Virus record (IMG/VR): IMGVR_UViG_3300031578_000173
Span: 1-35,753 of that record
Origin: a virus
Taxonomy: Duplodnaviria; Caudoviricetes
DNA length: 35,753 bases
Strand: one strand, 5' to 3'
The translations under genes were made by a program, and so were the position numbers. How positions within the stretch are numbered: the stretch's first letter is position 1; each line of letters opens with the position of its first letter. Below are positions 8,051 through 15,836 of the stretch, in pieces. Below the pieces are notes generated by a model. It was not told the DNA's origin. It saw only the letters and a program-made list of their open reading frames with translations, and ran no database searches.

Positions 8051-8148
8051 TCTGAAAAACCTCCTTCGACGTCTTCCCTCCGTTGGACCCATTTGAAATT
8101 TATGTGACAGATTGGGCCTTCCAGACTGTACAACAGTCTAGGAGGACA

Positions 8149-8451
8149 ATGATGAAGTGCGGATTGTGCGGCTGGGTGGGTGGAGACACCCTAGAATACG
8201 TGGATGGTAAAGGATCGACAACCCATGTCTGCATGGCTTGCCGAATGGGTCTCATCGCCACCGCTGAATCCAAGAATGTAGGAAAGCTGCCGCCCGTCTT
8301 CTTGGTACCTATCATCAGGGCGATTGTTGCTCAGTCAGTTGGGGCCATGCTCGCGCAGGTCGTTTCCGAATTCATCCAGGCCACTGGGAGGCATGAATTC
8401 AACACTCTGGTTGACATGCTAAAGAATACAGGTTCTACTGATCCCAATTAG
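8149..8451 (+). CDS. small CxxC Zn-finger protein
   Basis: MMKCGLCG...VCMAC with AGGAGG RBS. Confidence 0.7.
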   Translation: MMKCGLCGWVGGDTLEYVDGKGSTTHVCMACRMGLIATAESKNVGKLPPVFLVPIIRAIVAQSVGAMLAQVVSEFIQATGRHEFNTLVDMLKNTGSTDPN

Positions 8452-8460
8452 GGACGGGGC

Positions 8461-8661
8461 ATGTTGACTCCAGAGGAACGGTTGAACCGGATCCGATCTA
8501 TCATCCGACGGGTCGAATCTGAGATGGACTCTCCCGTGTGCGATCAGCTACCATTGCTTCGTTCTGCGTTTGTGGAGATAATCCAGGCGGTGGGCCCTCA
8601 GTGCAGCGGGGCTCGGAAGGTGGATCCCCATGGGCGACGGCACGATAGAAAAGCAACCTAA
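8461..8661 (+). CDS. hypothetical protein
   Basis: 66-aa ORF tiling between neighbours. Confidence 0.5.
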   Translation: MLTPEERLNRIRSIIRRVESEMDSPVCDQLPLLRSAFVEIIQAVGPQCSGARKVDPHGRRHDRKAT

Positions 8662-9268
8662 AGGGTTCATCCGCGGCGATGTCCTGAAGAATTACGCAGG
8701 GGCCATTGCGATCCTTTTAGGAGCCCTTCCAGCTGTCGGAAGCCTCGTCGTCAGTGTAGTGACCGCCTATCGCGGAGAACCTGTCGCCGAGAAGACTTGG
8801 ACGACCGTCCGAAGTCAACTAAATCGCCAAGCTGAAATGATCAACAAGCTGCACCTTCGCATGGTCCATATCCAGGCTCATGAGGAGGGTAAGACCTCGG
8901 CTGCGATCCAACTGAAGCTGGATGAGCTTCAGAAGAAATACGATCAGCTTCAGATCAACACTGAGGTTAGGGCCTCCGCTGTGGGACCCACTTCGCTGCC
9001 GGAATCTTCTGCCGATTGCCAAGTTGGCCACATAAAGATCGACAATAAGTGTCGTTCGGTGGCTAAGAGTGTCGCTGTCAAGGTGAAGGCTGACGAGCGT
9101 AAGACAGAGGTGATCCAGAAGAGTCTTGACGAGGAGAAGTTGCGGAGGTTGCGGGAGGAGAAGATTCGGCGGCAGGTGGATCAGAAAATACAGAAAGCTC
9201 AATCAGCACAGCCTATGCTGAAGCAATTGCCACCCAAGCTTGATGATGCCGCGAAAGGTAATCACTGA
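8630..9268 (+). CDS. membrane-anchored coiled-coil protein
   Basis: Hydrophobic segment YAGAIAILLGALPAVGSLVVSVVTAY followed by heptad-rich Q/K/E regions and a C-x10-C pair. Confidence 0.7.
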   Translation: MGDGTIEKQPKGFIRGDVLKNYAGAIAILLGALPAVGSLVVSVVTAYRGEPVAEKTWTTVRSQLNRQAEMINKLHLRMVHIQAHEEGKTSAAIQLKLDELQKKYDQLQINTEVRASAVGPTSLPESSADCQVGHIKIDNKCRSVAKSVAVKVKADERKTEVIQKSLDEEKLRRLREEKIRRQVDQKIQKAQSAQPMLKQLPPKLDDAAKGNH

Positions 9269-9591
9269 TGCAACTAGACATGTGTCCACTGTGCAAAGCG
9301 ATCCAGAATGGTCAGGATTCGCTGCGTGGGAAATTTTGTATCAAGGTGGGGTACGAGGTGGTGGAGTTGGCAGCAGGTATCGAGGTGAAGAAGATCAGAC
9401 CGGCTGTCGTTACGATCGAACACGGCTCTGATCCATCCCCAGAGACTGTCGTGGAGGCGATGGAGATGTTGGGGAGCCAGTCAGGGATGGTGGAGGACAT
9501 TCGGGGGGTAGCTGGTCATTGGGGGCTGTACGTGAAGGATGGGGAATGGTCGGCTGCCGGAAAGTCAAACGTCCACGACACGGAGAAGTAA
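9268..9591 (+). CDS. hypothetical protein
   Basis: TGATG overlap; N-terminal CPLC. Confidence 0.65.
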   Translation: MQLDMCPLCKAIQNGQDSLRGKFCIKVGYEVVELAAGIEVKKIRPAVVTIEHGSDPSPETVVEAMEMLGSQSGMVEDIRGVAGHWGLYVKDGEWSAAGKSNVHDTEK

Positions 9592-9592
9592 G

Positions 9593-9814
9593 ATGTCTTG
9601 TTTTCCGTGGGAGCAGGCCAGTGCGGTTAGGCCAGCGTTCACTTGTAGTCATTGCGGAGAAGAATTGAAGGAGGAGGGGAACAAGGTGATCGTCTGCTCT
9701 TGTGAAGGATCAATATCGGGGCAGAGGGAAGAGCGTCAGCGTAGAGCTAACTTTCACCGGGAGCGAGAGGAGGCGTTGGCGAAAAAGGATCGTGGTGCGC
9801 GCCATGGAACCTAG
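9593..9814 (+). CDS. small Zn-ribbon-like protein
   Basis: MSCFPW start with GGAG; CSHCG...CSC. Confidence 0.6.
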   Translation: MSCFPWEQASAVRPAFTCSHCGEELKEEGNKVIVCSCEGSISGQREERQRRANFHREREEALAKKDRGARHGT

Positions 9815-10412
9815 CTGGGTTGACAACAAGAGTAACTACCAGGACGTTGCCAGGGGTCTCCACCCTGGCGCTCGTCTCGTCACCAAGGACAGTTGGTTCT
9901 TCAAGGTGCTGGCGATTTTTGCGGCCCCATTCGTAGGGTACCGATACTGGCTCGAACACTATGCGATAGCCTTGGGTCCCGTTCAGGCCTATCCGCGGCA
10001 GTGGACTGATCTCCGTATGGGAACGATCATCCACGAATGTCGGCACAGCTGGCAGTGCGAAATGCTGGGTTGGTTGATCCCAATTGTAGGTTGGTTCTTT
10101 GGGCGTACTGTACGAACCTGGGCTGGGTTCCCACTGTTCTTGATCTTGTATTTCGTGGTCTTGTTACCGATCGGACTGAGCGTCTTCAAATGCTGGTTTG
10201 AGTTGGATGCGGATCGAGCAAAGTGGGCATGGATGCTCATTCAAGGTGAGGGTCCGCAGATCGTCGAACTTAGGGCGATCGATTTCGGCAAAACGGTGAA
10301 CGGGAGGGGCTACGGCTTCGCGTTTCCGTGGCTCGGCCGCAAGTGGTTCCGGTGGGCAGCCAAAAGGCTGATTTCCAAGTGGCAGGCTCGATCTACGACC
10401 CCCAAGAAGTAG
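9804..10412 (+). CDS. membrane protein with HExxH zincin-like motif
   Basis: Start MEPSW. IIHECRHSWQ, a downstream FELDA and several hydrophobic helices. Confidence 0.65.
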   Translation: MEPSWVDNKSNYQDVARGLHPGARLVTKDSWFFKVLAIFAAPFVGYRYWLEHYAIALGPVQAYPRQWTDLRMGTIIHECRHSWQCEMLGWLIPIVGWFFGRTVRTWAGFPLFLILYFVVLLPIGLSVFKCWFELDADRAKWAWMLIQGEGPQIVELRAIDFGKTVNGRGYGFAFPWLGRKWFRWAAKRLISKWQARSTTPKK

Positions 10413-10509
10413 TCAAATTGATCTTAGGTACGGATATCATTCCTCTTTAGTCTTCCCGCCTCGAGATTCTGGTCAAGCCCAGGCCTGTGAAGTAGACTGG
10501 GTTAGACAG

Positions 10510-10530
10510 CCGAATTAGTTGACAATTCGG
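10510..10530. promoter_or_regulatory. inverted repeat CCGAATT-N7-AATTCGG overlapping a TTGACA hexamer
   Basis: Seen directly in the intergenic region before the cupin/head operon; TTGACA at 10519-10524. Confidence 0.4.
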
Positions 10531-10600
10531 ATTGACGGCTGTAGTTCCTATGAATTGGAAGATCCCTCGGTCTGGCGAACCTCAGGAAAGGAACCCACCC

Positions 10601-11359
10601 ATGTCTTATAACCCCAACAGGCAGAGCGCTGGTGCCCGGCGAGCAAACAGGACCCGTAGGTTGGATCCCCGTGCCGGTCACAAAGCGAGCGACATCGTCC
10701 GTCTTCGCGGTCCTCAGGCGGCGACGATCAGCGATGTGCGCAACAAGCAGAACACCCCCCGTGGTTGGAAGGTAGACATTCACAAGGGGGATCAGTTCGA
10801 GATGGTGTACGAGTACATCTGTTCCCGTAACGCGTCTGGGATGATCCGGCACACGACGTTGGACCGTGCGTTGCGCGTTCTGTTCGGGGAGCTGTACATC
10901 ACCATCGGCGACGAAACGGCCGTGCTGAAGAGCGGGGATTCCTATTCCCTCACAGCGGGGATGGAATATCAGATCGGAACCTCGGGAAACTACGACACCG
11001 AAGTGATGTTCTGCCAGGGTCCGAACTACGAGGAAACGATCGAACAGCTGACTCCTCCGCAGGCGATCAACTCTGAATTGCTGATGAGGCTTCCTGAAGA
11101 GGATCCGCAGCAGTCTCTGTTCGATCCGGAATCCAGAGCGAGAGCCCAAGAGCACGCCACCCTGCTGGCTAAGGAGCGCCACCAGAGGGAAGTAGCCCGT
11201 CGTCAAGGCGCCACGGGTCAGGGTCACCAGGGGGCGCCCGGGGAGCCTGCGGTGGAAGTTGGCAAGACACCACCTCCGACTCGTAGATCCCCTCTGCCGG
11301 GTCAGCAGGTTCGTGGAGTGAATCCTCGTCCTGTCGGTGCTGGAGGCTACGGCGAATAG
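10601..11359 (+). CDS. cupin-domain protein with disordered tails
   Basis: RH...RVLFGELYITIGDETAVLKSGDSYSLTAGMEYQI matches the cupin beta-barrel pattern but keeps only one His. AGGAAAGGA upstream. Confidence 0.7.
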   Translation: MSYNPNRQSAGARRANRTRRLDPRAGHKASDIVRLRGPQAATISDVRNKQNTPRGWKVDIHKGDQFEMVYEYICSRNASGMIRHTTLDRALRVLFGELYITIGDETAVLKSGDSYSLTAGMEYQIGTSGNYDTEVMFCQGPNYEETIEQLTPPQAINSELLMRLPEEDPQQSLFDPESRARAQEHATLLAKERHQREVARRQGATGQGHQGAPGEPAVEVGKTPPPTRRSPLPGQQVRGVNPRPVGAGGYGE

Positions 11360-11374
11360 CGATCTGGAGGATCC

Positions 11375-12727
11375 ATGGATCCCAAATTCTTCTGTAGGGA
11401 GTTTCCCGTAGCACGCAGTCGGCGTGTCCAGCCGCTGGGGCTGTTCATTCAGCTCCCCGATTGCCCGGAGATGGCGAAGGCCAAGAAAGCGAAGGCTGCT
11501 CCGATCGTCGAGGGGGCGAAGCCCGCACTCCAGATCACAGATCGTCGGGCGGTTCATGCTGATCCTCCCAAGAAAGCGAAGGCTGCTCCGATCGTCGAGG
11601 GGGCGAAGCCCGCACTCCAGATCACAGATCGTCGGGCGGTTCATGCTGATCCTCCCAAGCCGTCACCATCTGAGGGTGGAACCCCTAAGACTCCCTTTTC
11701 TGAACCTCTGAAGATCATAGGAGAGCAGAAGGGGGCGAAGCCTGCCCCGTCGTTGGTGGGGCCAAAGGGCGAGTCACTCGCCAAGCCCACTGCTCCGACC
11801 ACGGATGTTCGGTCGTCTGCCCAGCCAAAGTTGTTTGGATCCTCAGGACAGCAGGTTCATGCTGATTCTTCGAAGCCGTCGCCTTTTGAGGGTGGACTTC
11901 CGGAGACACCATCTTCTGGACCTTCGAAGATCATCCAACCTGGAGCTAAGCCGACGTCCGGAGTGATTTCATCGTCGAAACCCTCTTCGAGTTCTTCAGG
12001 TTCCCTCGTTGATCCTTTTGGGGAGCCAATGTCATCCAGATTGACAGAGGGTCCGGGCGCTGCCCGACCGAAGCCGACGATCCACATGCCAGGTAGTGAG
12101 AAACCAGCAGGAGGTAAGATCGAAACTGTTAGTTCTGGATCGACTCCTAAGTCGACGATGACGGCGGACGAGCTTCAGTGGAACGCTGCCATCTCGTCTG
12201 CGAAGCAGCGTGAAGGTAAAGTGGCGCAGAATGAGGCTGAGTCTCGTCCCCTCGACTTCAAGCCAGGGACAACGCAAAAACCAGCTTCGTCACAGAAGCC
12301 TCTTGTGTCTCGTCCGGAAACTGCACCCATGTCATCTCAACAAAACAAGATGATGGCAGCTGCAGATGGTGGATCTAAAAAGGGGGAAGGGAAGCCGTCA
12401 GCAGGAGGAACTCAAGAAGGGGCACGCAAACCGGGCAGGGGTCCGAACGTCCTGGGGAGCTTCGGGACCGGATACCAGATCGGAATACAGGGTGATCCCG
12501 CAGCCACGGTTTCTCTTGTCGGGCATCGAGCGGCCGGGGCAGCGCACGGACTGCTGTCCCCCTCCACAGATCATGAACAGGGACGCATGCAGCGTGAGGC
12601 CTATCAGCAGAGGGCCGAGATGTTGAGGCAAAGCTCGCAGCAGAGCCAATCCTCGATGCAGAGATCTCTGTCGATCTCTGCGAGACCAGACACCCCTCCA
12701 GTGCGGTCTGGGTTGAGGCGGCCTTGA
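11375..12727 (+). CDS. low-complexity P/S/G/K-rich disordered protein with internal repeats
   Basis: 450-aa ORF, GGAGG RBS, TGATG overlap with the next gene. Confidence 0.75.
   Translation: MDPKFFCREFPVARSRRVQPLGLFIQLPDCPEMAKAKKAKAAPIVEGAKPALQITDRRAVHADPPKKAKAAPIVEGAKPALQITDRRAVHADPPKPSPSEGGTPKTPFSEPLKIIGEQKGAKPAPSLVGPKGESLAKPTAPTTDVRSSAQPKLFGSSGQQVHADSSKPSPFEGGLPETPSSGPSKIIQPGAKPTSGVISSSKPSSSSSGSLVDPFGEPMSSRLTEGPGAARPKPTIHMPGSEKPAGGKIETVSSGSTPKSTMTADELQWNAAISSAKQREGKVAQNEAESRPLDFKPGTTQKPASSQKPLVSRPETAPMSSQQNKMMAAADGGSKKGEGKPSAGGTQEGARKPGRGPNVLGSFGTGYQIGIQGDPAATVSLVGHRAAGAAHGLLSPSTDHEQGRMQREAYQQRAEMLRQSSQQSQSSMQRSLSISARPDTPPVRSGLRRP
11481..11659 (+). repeat. exact 87-bp tandem duplication (29 aa, KKAKAAPIVEGAKPALQITDRRAVHADPP)
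   Basis: Units start at 11481 and 11568 and are identical. Confidence 0.95.
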
Positions 12728-13803
12728 TGAAAGATCACATCAGGACGAAGAGCACCGTAAAACTGCCGTCCTTGTATTTGAATTCGAAACTATTCCATCG
12801 TCCGTGCAGGGACGATCGCGATACTACGAATATCGGAGGCCACAACAAAGGCCTCCCCGATCCACAATTTGAGTCACTCGAACCTGACGAAGATGAGCTG
12901 TCCGTTTCTAAGGGATCTGTTTCTGATCTCGAAATGGTCAACAAAGAGAAGTGGGACGACGGAACGACAGTGGTACACAGAAAGTCCCCTTTTCCGGCGG
13001 AGAGAAAACCAGTCGTTTCTAGCAAGCTTCATGACGCTGCCTCCGTCGAACATGTTCCTCTTTCTTCCTTGAGAGGTTCTCAATCTACGGTTGCAGAGCA
13101 TGGGGTGCAGCAGCACTTGGACAATCCTCCTTCCGCCTCTGCCGATCTTCCTATGGTCTATCGAACTCCTGAAGGGACCAACCATATCGCTGACGGTCAC
13201 CATCGACTCGCCGCTGCGCATCTGCGTGGTGACAAAACAGCAAAGGTTAAAGTTGTGGACCTTGGAAGTAGCGCCACTCGGAAAGCGATTCGTACGCTGG
13301 AGATGATCAAGGCTGGGGCGGCACAGGAGTCTGGTGAGTCCTGGATGCCTCAACCCGGGAAGCAGCGGAAGAGGGAGTACGACAGCAGCTTCCACAGGGA
13401 CGCCCAACCTGGGATCTCTGGGGGCGCCACTCCAGATCTCCCGGAACGTGGACGGGATTGGCACGGTACCGTACCTGGGGTTCCCGACGAGCCCGGGGCT
13501 CAGGGGAGCAAGATCGAGGACGAGCTTGATCACCCTCCAGCGAACTTGGTTGATGACAAATCTGACGCCAAGACGGTGCTCGAGGAGAAGAACGCGGAAG
13601 CAAAGAAGGCTCTTGCAGCGGCCCCTAGGTTTAGCCCGGGGCCGTTCATAGCGCCACCAGAGAGAGATTTTCTGCGCACGAAGGGGTGGTCGGACGAGGA
13701 CATCGAGAGGGGTGACAGACCGATGCCTCCGCGTCTGAGGGCAGAGTTTAACAGGTGGTTGACGTCCACCGTTCGAAAGTCGATTGAGAGGTTGGTACGG
13801 TGA
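12727..13803 (+). CDS. protein with central ParB/Sulfiredoxin N-terminal (ParBc) domain
   Basis: VPLSSLRGSQSTV...LPMVYR...IADGHHRLAAAHLRG...VKVV at about 13045-13260; flanks are disordered. Confidence 0.8.
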   Translation: MKDHIRTKSTVKLPSLYLNSKLFHRPCRDDRDTTNIGGHNKGLPDPQFESLEPDEDELSVSKGSVSDLEMVNKEKWDDGTTVVHRKSPFPAERKPVVSSKLHDAASVEHVPLSSLRGSQSTVAEHGVQQHLDNPPSASADLPMVYRTPEGTNHIADGHHRLAAAHLRGDKTAKVKVVDLGSSATRKAIRTLEMIKAGAAQESGESWMPQPGKQRKREYDSSFHRDAQPGISGGATPDLPERGRDWHGTVPGVPDEPGAQGSKIEDELDHPPANLVDDKSDAKTVLEEKNAEAKKALAAAPRFSPGPFIAPPERDFLRTKGWSDEDIERGDRPMPPRLRAEFNRWLTSTVRKSIERLVR

Positions 13804-15836
13804 CCGCCAAAGCTGCTGTGAACTACCTGGAGCTGGGAAAGTCGATCTCAGCCATGACCAGGCCAGACGACATCTTTTCAGCCGTCCAGGAGCTGAGGCA
13901 GATGACGTCACACCTCCCCGCTATGATAAAGGCGGATGATCCAATGCGCGGGATCAGTGGGGAGAAACCAGCGCGTGGACCCAGGGCGGTTTTTTTCGAT
14001 CCCCTTAGCCTGCAGTACTCGCTAGGGTACAAAGATCGACGGTATAGCCTGACGTACGACACGCTCCGCCGGATTTCCCATCAGGTCTCAATCATCGCGT
14101 CGATCATCAATACTCGAATCGCTCAGATCGCTTCCTTCTGTGAGCCGTACCGATTGACGAAGTCACTGGGGTTCCGGATCAAGCATAAGAGTCCCGATCA
14201 CCTGACGTCAGACTCGGAGCGGGAGTTCATCGAGCACCTTGAGGCGTTTGTCTTGAGTTGTGGTGAACCAGGCAGATCGAATCCGTTCATTCGTATGAAG
14301 CGTCCCAAGTTCGAGACGTTTCTGAAGTCGATCGTACGGGACACGCTTACGTTCGACCAACTGGGATTCGAGATCGTACCTCGTCGTGACAAGATCCCGT
14401 TCGAGTTCTGGGCCACGGATGCTGCCACTCTCAGGATCGCCTCTCCCGATCGCGACACCAGTTCTCATTTCAGCCACCATTGGCGTACTCCTTTAACGCC
14501 GACACTGCAGCCAGGGCGGTTCGATAACCTGTATGCGGGGGAGAGGTACGGAGATCGTTGGCCTGACAGCAACGAGAGAGCTGCGAGCTTCGTTCAAATT
14601 GTCAACGGGCAGATTGAGAACATCTACTCCAATGATGAGATGGCGTTCGGGGTTCGTAACCCCAGAACGGACATCTACATCCAGGGATACGGTTACGGTG
14701 AGCTGGAGCAGCTCATCACGATCGTAACGTCGATCATCTATGCCGAGGAGTACAATCGGCGTTTCTTCTCTCAGGGTGCGAACCCCAAAGGGCTCCTCAA
14801 CTTCAAGGGAGACAATTGGACTCCAGATCAGCTTGAGGGCTTCAAGCGTCAGTGGATTGCTCAGGTAGCGGGAACTGAGAACGCCTGGAAGACCCCCATC
14901 ACCCAGTCAGAGGGCATTGAATGGATCGACCTCCAGAGGTCGAACCAGGAGATGGGGTACCAGGGGTGGTTGGAGTATCTGATTAAGATCACTTGTGGTG
15001 TGTATCTCATCGATCCGGCGGAGATCAACTTCGACCTCCATGGGGGAGTTCAGCAAACCCCTCTGTTCGAGTCGTCCCAGGAATGGAAGCTCAAGGCGTC
15101 TCGTGATCGCGGGTTGAAGCCCCTTCTTCGATTCATCGCGGGCTTGATCAACGAATACATCATCGATAAGATCGACGATCATTTCATGTTCGAGTTCGCT
15201 GGTCTTGACGAGCTGACCGAACAAGAGAAGCACGAGTTGATCAAGGAGCAGATCGCTAGCTACAAGACGCTGAATGAGGCGAGGCGTGAACTGGACTTGC
15301 CGGAGATTCAGGGTGGTATCGGAGAGCTTCCTTTGAATCCGACTCTGGTCCAACTCCTTCAGATGCAGCAGCAGCGAGAAGACATGCTGAAGCAGCAGGA
15401 GGAGCAGAAGCAGCAGGAGGAAATGCAAGCTCAGCAACAGGGAGCGGAACAACAGCAGCAAGAACAGCAGGAGCCCCCCGACCCCGAGAAGGAACAGAAG
15501 GTTCGTCACGCGGAGGACAAGCATCCGCTCGAGATGGAGCTTCTTCAGCAGAAGGTGCAGCAAAGTGATCAGCAGATGGGCGGCGTTCCTGGTGCTCCGA
15601 TGGGGGCAGAAGGTGTAGCACCATCAGAAGGCGGATCGCCTCAAGAGGCAGTGCCAGGAGGAGCACCACCAGAAGGAGCAACGCCCCAAGGACCGGATGG
15701 TATGCCTCCCGAAGAGGCGTTGCCGCCGGGTCCCCCACCGCGTCCACAAGGTGATTCGAAGAAGCAGTATGCTGCCTTGTTCGGTAAGTCGATCACGTAT
15801 GACGACTTCATCGACTTCATGAGGAGTAGACGATGA
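13800..15836 (+). CDS. phage portal protein with Q/P-rich C-terminal extension
   Basis: RNPRTD...YGYGELE...YNRRFFSQGANPKGLL...LEGFKRQW...IDPAEINF...SRDRGLKPLLRFI...TLNEARRELDLP; SPO1/Twort-type portal motifs. Confidence 0.92.
   Translation: MTAKAAVNYLELGKSISAMTRPDDIFSAVQELRQMTSHLPAMIKADDPMRGISGEKPARGPRAVFFDPLSLQYSLGYKDRRYSLTYDTLRRISHQVSIIASIINTRIAQIASFCEPYRLTKSLGFRIKHKSPDHLTSDSEREFIEHLEAFVLSCGEPGRSNPFIRMKRPKFETFLKSIVRDTLTFDQLGFEIVPRRDKIPFEFWATDAATLRIASPDRDTSSHFSHHWRTPLTPTLQPGRFDNLYAGERYGDRWPDSNERAASFVQIVNGQIENIYSNDEMAFGVRNPRTDIYIQGYGYGELEQLITIVTSIIYAEEYNRRFFSQGANPKGLLNFKGDNWTPDQLEGFKRQWIAQVAGTENAWKTPITQSEGIEWIDLQRSNQEMGYQGWLEYLIKITCGVYLIDPAEINFDLHGGVQQTPLFESSQEWKLKASRDRGLKPLLRFIAGLINEYIIDKIDDHFMFEFAGLDELTEQEKHELIKEQIASYKTLNEARRELDLPEIQGGIGELPLNPTLVQLLQMQQQREDMLKQQEEQKQQEEMQAQQQGAEQQQQEQQEPPDPEKEQKVRHAEDKHPLEMELLQQKVQQSDQQMGGVPGAPMGAEGVAPSEGGSPQEAVPGGAPPEGATPQGPDGMPPEEALPPGPPPRPQGDSKKQYAALFGKSITYDDFIDFMRSRR

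Noticed and set aside
11481-11659. Direct repeats as a possible CRISPR array
   Set aside because: Two contiguous 87-bp in-frame units with no spacers and no cas genes.
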